This document shows, one piece after another, positions 1 through 11,699 of a stretch of 64,000 bases of DNA. Position 1 is the first letter of the stretch. The number at the start of each line of letters is the position of its first letter. The stretch comes from Antedon mediterranea (lineage: Eukaryota > Animalia > Echinodermata). The DNA is taken from positions 2,294,001 through 2,358,000 of the forward strand of contig NC_092674.1 of NCBI RefSeq assembly GCF_964355755.1. Direction: 5' to 3'. The translations under genes and the position numbers were made by a program. The notes under the pieces are model-generated. The model saw nothing but the letters and a program-made list of their open reading frames with translations. It had not been told where the DNA came from and did no database searches.

Positions 1-1492
1 GTGTTTACATTAAAACCAACAAAGCTAATTTATGCTTATTTTGTTTTGTAAAAAAATCTTTTTAAACTGCTAAAGATGAAACCTTACATATTATATTACT
101 ATAAAAACAATTTCTTAAATATTTTCTTGATGCAATTATTAGTGTATAGTTTTTGGTTGAATTAATAAAAAAAAGGCATTGAAGGAAATTCTCTGAAAAT
201 AGTGAATAAACTAATTTTACCGATGCAAAAATGTTTATTATAATAATTATTGTGTTGTTGTGCAATTGCTGTAAGATGACGCTCAGTAACTTTCTGCAAA
301 ATACGTCTAATTATATTCGCGAATTATATTTCACATATTTGGCCGGCCAGATGATAAATAACTACATTTTGATTGGATTTGATTCTTCCCTGTTTTGGAA
401 CAGCTTTTAATACAATGCTTGCATACAAATAATAAACAGAAAACACTTGTTACTGTTTGTTGCTTTTAATTTTTATTTACATACCCTTGTTAAGTGAATT
501 AAAATAAATCGCCCTTCTTTCTTGTTACAGTATATTAATAATGTCTATTACAAAATTTATAATCAAGGAAATGGCTTTTATTTAGCCTAACTAGGTAGGC
601 ATAGCCTAGCTATAAAAAATGTTACTATTTGATGCATTCGATAATTAAATGTTATGAATTAACATCTTGATACCATTCGATTTATTCGACTTCTTTAAAT
701 CCAACATAATTTCCATCAATGCTAGGAAAGTCCTTTCTGATTTTGTTTACGACGCAGGCTGGGATGACTCGTCGTACGGCTTTACCAAGGCGGTCATGCA
801 CCCAGTAGGTGAACTGCCTGTACGCCTGAAGGCGAAATGTTTCGTTCGGGATCGGGTCAACGATGCTGTCTCGCCTAATGTCTGTCCGGGCAACAAGTGC
901 AGTTCTAATTACTGCAGGATGTAAACATACAAATTCGAATTCAAAATGGTCTAAAATGCATGCCATTTCGTTTTCTGATCCTATGTTCATCTTCGCTCGT
1001 ACATTTTCAATTTCCCGACAACAAAGGCATTCCACAGCAGTGTCCATCAATTCACACCGTCCGCATTGGCACCATTCCTCCTTGTTTACTTTCCTCCATT
1101 CTATATCTTCTCCTTCATGTGCGACAATATTATCTAAACCTTCTATTTCCTCCACATCTCTTCTTCTTCTTCTTCTTCTTCTGGGTTCTAATTGGTAAGG
1201 TTGTAATCCGTGATTCATCTTAATTTAGCTCTGTGTATATATAGGCATCCACGCTCTACGGGCAGTCTCACAGTTGGATGATTTTCTCTGTCAAACCAAT
1301 GACGTCACAACCTCGTTTTCGTGTTAAACATGGCGGCTCATAGAGAATCCGCGGTTTTTTTGAAAAATCTACACTTCAAAATCGATTTTACTCTAAACAA
1401 CAATAAATTTCAAAAAAATTTTACCGCACTTCGTTTTATATGAATTATATCTACAATGCTACACATTTTAAAAGAAATAATACTGCATTCCT
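1..1492. mobile_element. Right-hand part of a Kolobok-type DNA transposon (other end lies outside the window)
   Basis: Terminus ...TACTGCATTCCT followed by TTAA (1493-1496), i.e. TTAA|AGG on the minus strand, matching Kolobok RR termini and TTAA target. A subterminal CCAATGACGTCA motif is present and a KolX-like ORF reads inward from this end. No transposase or second TIR is visible. Confidence 0.65.
682..1218 (-). CDS. KolX / P2X7 cytoplasmic ballast (Cys-rich Zn-binding) domain protein, 178 aa, intronless
   Basis: N-terminal PYQLEP, Cys cluster WCQCGRC..M....ECLCCRE, CILDH..F..VCL, and C-terminal AYRQFTYWVH..LGK..RRVIPACVV..IR..FP...G.Y.GF. These are the hallmark motifs of the P2RX7 C-terminal domain family. 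No transmembrane P2X channel region. Confidence 0.88.
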   Translation of the reverse strand: MNHGLQPYQLEPRRRRRRRRDVEEIEGLDNIVAHEGEDIEWRKVNKEEWCQCGRCELMDTAVECLCCREIENVRAKMNIGSENEMACILDHFEFEFVCLHPAVIRTALVARTDIRRDSIVDPIPNETFRLQAYRQFTYWVHDRLGKAVRRVIPACVVNKIRKDFPSIDGNYVGFKEVE

Positions 1493-2631
1493 TTAAATAG
1501 ACAGTGGTACTGTACGCATTTGAATCTATGCTATTGAACTGTATTACCCTCCATTATATGTAGATATTATTAAAATTAAATGAAGACCTTTGCTGTTTTA
1601 TTATTGTTAACTGAACATTCTACTGAATCTTGTATGAAATAAGATATACAGTGGTACTGTACACTTTTGAATACACGCACAATGCAATTGAACCATAGCG
1701 CCCTCCTCTACATTATATGTGACATTATTTATTAAATGGCGACCTTGGCTGTTTTATTATTATTGTGTACTGAACATTCTACTGAAAGCACTATTGGTAA
1801 ATCCTGAAAGTACTGTGGTGTGGGAAAAAAATGCCTATATTCTATAGTGTTTGGAGGATAACACTAAGCTTTTACTATTCTAATGGACCTTTAAATTCCA
1901 TCAAATCAATTTACTTGAGATAGATATTAAGATGGTGGGGTCTGATGCTATCAGTTTAATACTGTATATAACTTGTATGACATAAGCATTTATGAAGTCG
2001 AGATAATTGCATGGCTTTCTGTTGACGAATCCCATTCATAATTAATTTACCTTGAAATTGGCCATTTTGAGTCATTTGCCATTGAATGTCATCAATGTAC
2101 ACGTATATTACATTAAATATGTTGTAATATTTACTCTTTAAATGTCACTCTTAAGAATGTTATGAATGTTTATTTAATGGAAAGTACTGACACTGACAGT
2201 GGTTGTTGCACATTTTTTGACAGGAAAATTACATTAGAAATCTTAGAAAATTTGGATAAATAATTATTTCATGATTTGCTTAATGCTTTTAAAGCTGAAA
2301 AGAATATTTTGAACAGACAACAGTAAACAAGAAAAGATATGATAAGTTTGTTTACTTATATTTATTATTAAACCCAAAAGGTAAATTCACTATCAGTGAC
2401 TGAAGCTAAGCTTTCGGGAAAATTACTATTTCTTTATGAATCGAGGCAAATGTTTTGATCTACCAACTGGGATGCCTGTAAAATGTTGGGTCAGTACAAC
2501 ATGTAAGCTAAAATTAATGATGCTGAAGGTGTAGCCTAGAGTAATCACTTCAACACTCTTAATTGGTGCTTTGATTGACTTGTATTGTTTAGTGTACAAC
2601 ATGCACTTTGTTGCCATAAAGTAATCATTTC

Positions 2632-4250
2632 CTGGGGCGGATCCAGACATTTTTGAGAGGGGGGGTCCGCCGATAAAAAGGGCACATCAGATATTGAGTA
2701 TTTGAGCCACAGCCCCCCCATGGTGGGGGTTGTGGCGAAGCGAATTTTGTTACAGGACACACTTAGATGGCCGGAAATGGCACTCTCGCACGCAAAATCC
2801 ATGATAAATGGCACCTTTCTAGTTCGCCGGAAATGACACTTTATTAGCAGGGATAACGATGCAAAATTAAAAGTTGTTATTTTTCAACCAATTTAAACAT
2901 TATCTGTTGGTATTTTGTTTCAATATTCTAATAAAGAAAGAATTACGAAAATCTGACTTGTAGTTTTCGAAATATAGGGTCTAAAACATTGCCGAAAATG
3001 ATCGTTTTTAGCCACGAACGTTGTAAACAAATTGCGCCATTTTTCGCTAAAATAATTACATATAATTACGTTTTATAGTAATTTCTTTTATATATCAACA
3101 TTGGAAATATCAATAAAATATGTTATTAAATGTTTATAAAATATATAGAGTTGTTTATTTAACGGAGTTCGTACAAATTCATTGCTCTAAATTTGTGTAG
3201 TACCGTTCAGTACAGAGTGATCACGTGACTTCTTGGTACACGTACGTGAGAGAAAACATTCCGCTGTGGGTGATTCGCGTCCACCAATCAAATAGCCAGA
3301 ATCCAAAATCATTCAACCGGCCGTGAGCTCTGCCGATCGCGGGAAAGCTCAGCTTTGATTGGCTTACGATGACATCATATCACAAAATGGTGGTTTTGTA
3401 GTTGAGCCTCACGTAATTTTCACAAATAATTGTTTCAAAAATGAAATAAATGAACCTTCTTTATGGTATGTGTGATTTTTCTTTAAAAGATTTGAATAAT
3501 AAAGGCTTGATATCGAGAAAAAAACATTTTTTTTGCACTTATAATAAATATTTCTCAAAGAAAAAAGCACATGGCTTGTAGAACTATATTATCTTGGCGT
3601 AGGAAGTCAAACAAATCCCAGGTCATGAGAGGCTCAACTACAAGAACAAAGTTGAATAGTGTAGGATGACCGTTCGATGATTTTTGAGTAAACAATCTAC
3701 CGCGTATGGTCGTACGCGCTAGATAGTACGATATTTTAAATACATTTTTTACATGTTTGGTTGGATGTAATGGAAATAAAAAATAGTTGATCTGATGGAA
3801 TGATATGTAAATAAACAAATACTCAAAAGAATTATGTTTACAGTTCAATTATTTTCAGAATAATAATACATCAAAATGTGTTTACCAATGGACAAATTAA
3901 ATCACGTCAATGACATAGCGCGCATGGTAACGTACGCGGAGTTGAATCGTAAAAAGTTTACATGCGCCCTCTGTAGTATGTGAAACGATCTATTTTTAGA
4001 AGTTTAAGTAGAGATCATCACGCGTCACCACCTCTCACGATGCTCTTTGATCGGCCGCCGTAACTTAACATCGCGCTCATTGTGATAAATTTCTGTTTTT
4101 ATTTTTGGGGTTAGTGTAGCCTACTCTGTGCATACTAATATACACACAAATATGTCACACGAATAAAATATTGAACCTCTAAAAAAAGGGCACCCTTAAA
4201 ATTTAGGGGGGGTCCGGACCCCGTGGACCCCCCCTCTGGATCCGCCCCAG
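2632..4250. mobile_element. Non-autonomous hAT-like (hAT5-type) element, ~1.6 kb
   Basis: Perfect 16-bp TIR CTGGGGCGGATCCAGA ... TCTGGATCCGCCCCAG flanked by a 5-bp direct repeat ATTTC (2627-2631 and 4251-4255). No long ORF inside. Confidence 0.8.
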
Positions 4251-5107
4251 ATTTCCATGCATCTCATTTGGAGGTTGTGTCTTGTTAGGATTCTAGCGTC
4301 TCAAACATTTTACCTAACTTGTGTACAGTTGGTGGTTGTGTCTTATTAGGATTCTAGCGTCTCAAAGATTTTACTTAACTTGTGTGTACATCTGCAACAA
4401 TTTTAAAATTCTATCGATTTTCAGAAAAATGTTAATTACTGACCGTATTCGCTGTAGTAATAAATTCTCCCAGAGGGAAAAGTGAAATATATGTGTTGTG
4501 GTGAAGTAGGTTACATAGCTAGTCAGGTAGTAATGTTAATCATATTCCATTTTAGCATTAGTATAAAAACACTATCTGGTTGTGTGGCTACAGTATGTTA
4601 GCAGTTGAATACATTTAGTAATGGCATGATCAAGGTTATAATGGCTAATTATGATTATCTCAGCGGAGATTTATGAATAGTAGGATTTTAATGTATAAAT
4701 TATAGACATCATTTAGTCTCATTTGCATGGAGCTTGTTTTGAAATGCTATAGAGGTATTTTGTACTTCTTGCTACTGTAGTTAATATATACAATACATTA
4801 CATCATGGCCTACTAAGAGTAAGAATGTTACCCATATGTCATACAATCTGGTGTTTGTCCCTGGCACCTTTAGGCTGGCTGTACCGTACATCTTCGTGCT
4901 GGCCAAATTGTCCTAGACAGTCTTTGACTGGCCCAATTAAGCTGGTTTTAAAATCCGCAGATCTCTGCACGTTTACGTTTGATAGCAATGATATTTATAA
5001 ACTATCAAGAACTACTGTATGTAATATAAACTATCAAGAACTACTGTATGTAAACTGAAATGACATACAGTATCTTTTATAACTTTATTTCTTCTTTTCA
5101 TCCACAG

Positions 5108-8100
5108 CTCAAATTAGCTTGTTCTACTTGGTATTCTACGCCTGTTTAGCCATTTTTTGGGCTATTATGTTAATAGTATTCTTGCAGACCATTACTGAAG
5201 ATAAACCAAAATGGACCTCCTATATTGGAACACCAGGTAGGTTGTTGTTAATCATATTCTATTTCGTGCAATGTTGGTTTATCCAGTTAAGCTAGCACTC
5301 ATAGACTAACAACACTTACAGTAACACTGGTTTGTGTATCTTCCAAAAGAAATCGCAGAGTACCAGAATTGATCTTATGTCTGGCTGCGACAAATACCAA
5401 ATGTACTGTACTATGGACCCATTCTTAGCGGCGCGCAGTGTTAAGGGGCGTGGAACTGATCGTGTTGCAGCCACAGATAAACCCTTTGATCTCTGGAGCT
5501 CAGCATCCTGTTGTTAGATCGCCTTGCTACAACCAAAATATTACACTCATATCCAAAACCAATATTATACCATTCCTGATGATTAAATAAAGATTTAAAT
5601 GCATGACTTCCAATTTTTTTTGTTGTTGTTTAAATATAATGAGTGCTTGATTACTGCCAATTGCCCTATATGTGTAATCACTCTGTTTCTATTCACTGTC
5701 AAATTCTAAGTATAAGCTCAAACACCATATGTGGTGCTTTTTTTTAGGATTATATCAGATACCTCAACCAGAAGAGAAACTAAATATGATAAGATTTAAT
5801 ATGAAAGATGAAAAATCATATGAAAAATATACAAAGCCGATGAGAAAGCTATACGATCGTAAGTACTAATTAATACTATATACATTTACTGATACTGTAA
5901 ATTTTAGCTACCATTGCTGATACAGTCTCAATGTTAATACCATGTAACACTGTATTTAGCTACCATTGCTGATACAGTCTCAATGCTAAATACCATGTAA
6001 CACTGTATTTAGCTACCATTGCTGATACAGTCTCAATGTTAATACCATGTAACGCTGTATTTAGCTACCATTGCTGATACAGTCTCAATGTTAATACCAT
6101 GTATCGCTGTATTTAGCTACCATTGCAGATACAGTCTGGATGTTAATACCATGTAAAGCTGTATTTAGCTACCATTGCTGATACAGTCTCAATGTTAATA
6201 TCATGTAACGCTGTATTTAGCTACCATTGCAGATACAGTCTGGATGTTAATACCATGTAACGCTGTATTTAGCCGCTACCATGGCTGATACAGTCTCAAT
6301 GTTAATACCATGTAACACTGCATTTAGCTACCATTGCTGATACAGTCATAATATTAATACCATGTAACACTGTATTTAGCTATCATTGCAGATACAGTGT
6401 GAATGTTAATACCATTTAACGCTGTATTTAGCTATCATTGCTGATACAGTGTGAATGTTAATACTATGTAAGCACCAGTAGCAATTGTTTTTCATTCACT
6501 TTCAGAGTATGTAGAAAATATGAAAAATAGTGATGCTGTAAATTGTACTGATGGTGGTGTTCGTCCAGATGACAGAGATACAATTTGTGAATTTGATATC
6601 GAGGAAGCTTTTGGGGATGGTGTGTGTAATCCAGAGAATGACTTTGGTTACAAATTGGGCACACCCTGTATTTTCATTGGCCTAAATAGGGTTAGTTTTG
6701 TTTTTTGCTATTAAAAAATCTTTTTACAATATTCCATGGTTCAAGTAATATAAAAATCACAAATGATTCACTTTTGTGAAAACTTAATTAAAGTTATTAT
6801 TTGTTTCAAAATATGGTTTTATTTTATCGACAGGTTTGGGGATGGGAACCGGAAAACTATGACGAGGATGATGTTCCTAAAGAAATTGTCGATAATGGTT
6901 ATATGAAGAACTTTATCACAATAGGATGTGAAGTTTATGTAAGTTTTTTTTTAATTATTTTTGAAAGACCATTTAGAGCATTAGTGGGTGACGTAAAACA
7001 GCAAATGCTGTGTGCATGCGGCGGCGTTCAAATACATTTATAAGACATCTATGATCTGAATGTGAGTGTAAAGCTTTGTCTACACTTTATCAAACTAGTT
7101 TGACAAAAAAAGTGTGATGTGTCTAAATATGGTAGTGATATGCCCAAATATGGTAGTGATATGCCCAAATATGGTAGTGATATGACATCATGTCCATATA
7201 TGGGCACATCACATTTTGATATTGTAGACAAGGCATTAATGTAAGTATTTAGAGAACTAGTATACATTAAAAACAAATTATTAAGTTATATTTATGTTAT
7301 ATATTATTATATTATGAGACAAACACTATGACCTGAATGTGAGAGTAAGAAGGTTTTAGGATGACTAGCCTAGTTTTGATCTGGGCGTAGCATAGCTAAA
7401 CCACAAACCATAGTGTAGTATGACCAAGTAGAGAAATTACTTGCCGGTGTTTCACTTCCTCTATACATATTAGTCATGTATTCCAGGTGACTAAAATCCT
7501 TACTTAGCTTACGCTTGCTACTTCATATGTAAATTTACTGATTGTCATATTATAACGTAATTTATTACAGGGTTGTTTTTTAAAAGCAATGAATTTTTAA
7601 ACATGTTTAATACATTCCATGTTTACGTTAGTAATGTTATTATTTTTTTGGATTTTATTTATACCATGCACATGTACATTGTTATATTATTACATTTCAT
7701 TGTTATATAATATAAGGGATCATGTGAAACTTATTCTATTGCAGTTACTGCAGTAACTACTTTTTTACTGCAATAATGTATGTTTATGAGGCAGTTACTG
7801 CAGTAAACATTGTGTATGATTACAATAAAACAATTTTTTTCAATATAGAAACTGTATGTTTTAATTCTAGATGTTAGTTTAGTATGATGAGAGTAAATAA
7901 ATGATTCTAGATGCATTACCTATATTTTTGTTATGTATTTTACAGAAAGATGTCTCAACCCAACTAAACAATACTGAAATCTCACCAAAGGCGGGGATAT
8001 CATTCAAATATTACCCGTACTTGGGCGCCGCCAATGACAATTACAAGAATGATTACGTTTCGCCTCTAGTCGCAGTTCGATTTAGCCTCTTTAAGAAGAA

Positions 8101-8218
8101 CACCGAAGTTCGCCTTGTGTGTAAAAGTTATGCTGCCAACATCACCCCCGGTACGGGGCTGTTCGACACAGGATTTCCATCAGAACTTAGGTTAGACTTG
8201 ACCATCAATACAAAGTAA
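5108..8218 (+). CDS. ATP1B: Na+/K+-transporting ATPase beta subunit, 5'-partial (exons 5108-5236, 5748-5858, 6506-6690, 6834-6938, 7946-8218)
   Basis: GT-AG exons join in frame. They encode the TM helix ISLFYLVFYACLAIFWAIML..FLQT, then C.FD, C....FGY..GTPCIFI.LNRV.GWEP, YYPY, Y.SPLVAV.F and CK.YA.NI. The first coding exon was not found and is probably upstream of the window. Confidence 0.93.
5307..5526 (+). mobile_element. Degenerate copy of the P-like MITE family (see 19164 and 38676)
   Basis: Shares the internal sequence GATCTTATGTCTGGCTGCGACAAATACC...GGAACTGATCGTG...CCACAGATAAACCCTTTGATC and the right TIR CCTGTTGTTAGATCGCCTTG. Confidence 0.75.
5897..6470. repeat. 52-bp minisatellite, ~11 copies, in ATP1B intron
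   Basis: Unit TGTATTTAGCTACCATTGCTGATACAGTCTCAATGTTAATACCATGTAACAC recurs at 5951, 6004, 6056, 6108 and onward. Confidence 0.95.
7072..7236. mobile_element. PIF/Harbinger (Tourist-like) MITE, AGCTCTGTCTACAC family
   Basis: Start AGCTTTGTCTACAC after TAA, internal 21-bp repeats CCAAATATGGTAGTGATATGC, degenerate right end. Confidence 0.8.
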
Positions 8219-9630
8219 TAACAGCAAATAACAGGCATTTACTGATTGCCAACACAACCCTAAAGATTAAGAAGCAACATATCAATATCAACACAGTGTC
8301 ATTAATATCTGCACTTGTTATTTTTGGTCACTAATGAATATCTCTTCTCAAATTAATGTTTGTTTTTTCTTATTTCGATATGGTTGAATAAGCACAAGGA
8401 GTGAGGTTAGACTGAAACCTAAACATGTTTAAAGCCAGATGGAATAGCTTCCTATCTCTGATTTAATTTTAACATTTCAGCATATTAGGAAGCTTTCTAA
8501 AATGTTTGTGAGCATGAGCAGACAATTTTCACGCCCGGTTGCTTCCTAGTCTTTGGGGTTGTGTTGGCAATCAAAAAATGTCTTGGAATTGGTTAATCAA
8601 TATTTTGAAAAAGTTCAAAGAAAAAAAATATAAAAAAATGAATAAAACCTTTTAGACCTTGTCTTCATCTGTCATCTGTGTCAGAAGAAGGAGTTGTCCC
8701 ATTAAATACCAAATATGATACCCCGTATATTCCCTGTTTTGAATCAAATGAAATCCCCAAACAACATAATCGGATCTTGTTAGTTGAAATCTATGCAGAG
8801 CGTGTTTATTGATGTGTAACGATTCGAAAGTAGCTGAATAAAGGAAGGCGTGTTACCTTGTATAGGGAGTTAGTTTAATATGTATACCTTAACTTGTTTT
8901 TGAGATGACATTATGATCAAGATATATATTGCATTATAATCTGTATAATCTTGATTCAAATTCGGTGTTTACAAAATTTATTAAAATAAAGATAACAGTT
9001 TTAGTCATATCTTGAATAAATATAAGATATTTGTAAAAAAAGAAAAGGAAACCATATTGGTGTCAGCATTAAACCTCGCTTCATCTACGGTATAATTTTA
9101 TATGGACATGTAGTTGTGTTAATATCGGTATTCGCATTTAGCCTCTTTATTTCATCTGCAGTATAATTTTATATGGACATGGCGCTGTGTTAATAGGCAG
9201 CACTTTAGAATAGGCTAGTTTAGACGTTTTTCAAAACCTGAATATTTTTTTCATCTATAGTTTAACAAATTAAAAATGTTTTTCCCAAGATTACATACAA
9301 GTAAGAAAGATGTGTATTATTTAAATGTTGTAATTTTTTTAGCATTTATCAGACCATGAGAATTTGTATAAATGATAATTAATTTTGAGCTGACTTATTA
9401 ATCAAATATGCGTCTGTTGTTTTGAATGTTACAAGTAAGTGTTGTATAGCAATATGTTAACAGTAAAATGGATTCATTGTTTCAATAAAATATCATAAAA
9501 GTCGCCATATTAAAAAGTAGAAAAATAATGTTTTGTTTTAAAGAATTAATGCTTTGATTAAATTTTGAAAGCGTATACTTATATTGTATCATTGTTATTT
9601 GAAACTAGAGTGAAGCTTATTGATGTAAAA

Positions 9631-9993
9631 ATGGCCACATAGTATGTTTATACTGTAAGCTCCCATTCACACAGTAGTATAGCCACATAGTATATCTATA
9701 CTGTAAGTTCCCTTTCACACAGTAGTATGGCCATATAGTATATCTATACTGTAAGTTCCCTTTCACACAGTAGTATGGCCACATAGTATATCTATACTGT
9801 AAGTTCCCTTTCACACAGTAGTATGGCCACATAGTATATCTATACTGTAAGTTCCCTTTCACACAGTAGTATGGCCACATAGTATATCTATACTGTAAGT
9901 TCCCTTTCACACAGTAGTATGGCCACATAGTATATTTATACTGTAAGCTCCCATTCACACAGTAGTATGGCCATATAGTATATCTATACTGTA
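9631..9993. repeat. 48-bp minisatellite, ~7.5 copies
   Basis: Unit ATGGCCACATAGTATATCTATACTGTAAGTTCCCTTTCACACAGTAGT. Confidence 0.95.
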
Positions 9994-10064
9994 TGAAAGT
10001 AGTATTCCAAATGGCTTCTGCGTATAACCTGTTGAATTGACTCGGCATCTATCTGTACTTAACA

Positions 10065-10165
10065 CCATGTCTATATAAGGCATATCCATGTTTATATAAG
10101 GCATATCCATGTCTATATAAGGCATATCTATGTCTATATAAGGTATATCCATGTCTATATAAGGC
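10065..10165. repeat. 21-bp minisatellite, ~5 copies
   Basis: Unit CCATGTCTATATAAGGCATAT. Confidence 0.9.
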
Positions 10166-10536
10166 AAACAACACTCCAAAAACTTAATAGATACATAAGT
10201 TACGTTATATTTGTTGACCTAGTTAACCGGTTAACCATTCAATTTTAATTATTAGTATAATACATGAGTTAAAATGATTACGGCTAATTTGCTGGTAAGC
10301 CCTGTATATTTGCTGGTAAGCCCTGTATATTTTAATTGATAATAATAAAGTTTGTTTGTCAGTATTATGTACTAGGTCTTGCGTGTATTATATAATACAT
10401 TTTATTCAATATTTTGTAGGATGGCTTAATCTATTTGAATACAGTCTCACAACTTTGTTAAACAATGGTACAAAACATGTAATTTCCTAATATGGTATTT
10501 ACTGTCCCCTTAAAAATAACCATAAATAGATTAAAT

Positions 10537-10795
10537 TTTGAAATATGTTAAAATATTAACATGAAAATGTTGAAATATTAACATTATGTTGAAATATGTT
10601 AAAATATTAACATTACGATGTTGAAATATGTTAAAATATTAACATTACAATGTTGAAATATGTTAAAATATTAACATTACAATGTTGAAATATGTTAAAA
10701 TATTTGAAATATGTTAAAATATTAACATAATGTTGAAATATGTTAAAATATTAACATTACAATGTTGCAATATGTTAAAATATTAACATTAAAAA
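10537..10795. repeat. ~32-bp AT-rich minisatellite
   Basis: Unit TGTTGAAATATGTTAAAATATTAACATTACAA with variants. Confidence 0.9.
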
Positions 10796-11699
10796 TGTTT
10801 GGTTTATCAGAAGGATGTAATCAATGTAGAAAAGTATGTAATTAAAAATATTCACATTTAATTTTATACTAATTATACTTCATCAATGTTTGATGTTAAT
10901 GCTTGAGACATTTTGTAGATGTTGTGGTTTTTCTTAGTGTAAATCAAAGGTAGATATGGAAAACAAAAAAATGATTTTATTGATGTTGATTTATAATGTT
11001 TTATGCTTTTGTGGTTATTTTTAGGGGAAGACTTTTAGGTTGTATGGAGTTATATTACTCTATGATTAAACTGTAATAAGTATGCCAAAGGTTTTAAACA
11101 CTTTGTGAAATGTTTTGCTTTGTGTGTGATCACAATGTGCTTTCATGCGCTGAAATCTGAACAATGTAACAACCATCAAAGTTGCAACAGCCATTTTTCA
11201 CCAAATGGCAAAATCACCAAATTGCAAGTTCTGCAAGTTGTAAATGGTTGTGTAGTGTGTGGCGATACCAATGTTAATAGTGTATTGATTGTGCAAAATC
11301 ATCTTTATACATACCACAATATTTACATACCAATCGCAGCACAATGTGAATTGAACTCCACAAGTAGAATCACTAATATTTTATTTAAGAAATTGTTCTA
11401 TTCTGGTTTGTTAAATCTCAAAATTGATTTTAGAATTATTAAACATCACTACCAATATATGGTTTCAATAAACTGCGTTTGTTTGTATATGTATTTTAGT
11501 GAAGCAGATTGCTATGATTACAACATGAGCCTACTACCGGTTTACACGCCTAATGAATCTGTACTATCTAATTAGTACTATTCATTATTACCTCGCTGCG
11601 ACCTTATTACGACCTAGAGAATATGGCTGTAGAACGCTTGCTTTTCACAAGGCCAAAGTGTTTGCAAGGTTCAAACTACATGCCCTACTAATATTACTT

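Noticed and set aside
682-1218. A true P2X7 purinergic receptor gene
   Set aside because: Only the ballast-like domain is present. It is intronless, has no TM or ectodomain exons, and lies next to a transposon terminus.
667-1223. Three plus-strand ORFs overlapping the KolX ORF
   Set aside because: They are antisense shadows of the real minus-strand ORF and have no recognisable motifs.
9617-10179. Repetitive ORFs (YRYTMWPYYCVKGNLQ and DMPYIDM)
   Set aside because: Translations of the 48-bp and 21-bp minisatellites.
11105-11575. 156-aa plus-strand ORF
   Set aside because: It has a non-ATG start, the composition of AT-rich non-coding DNA, and no recognisable domain or splice context.
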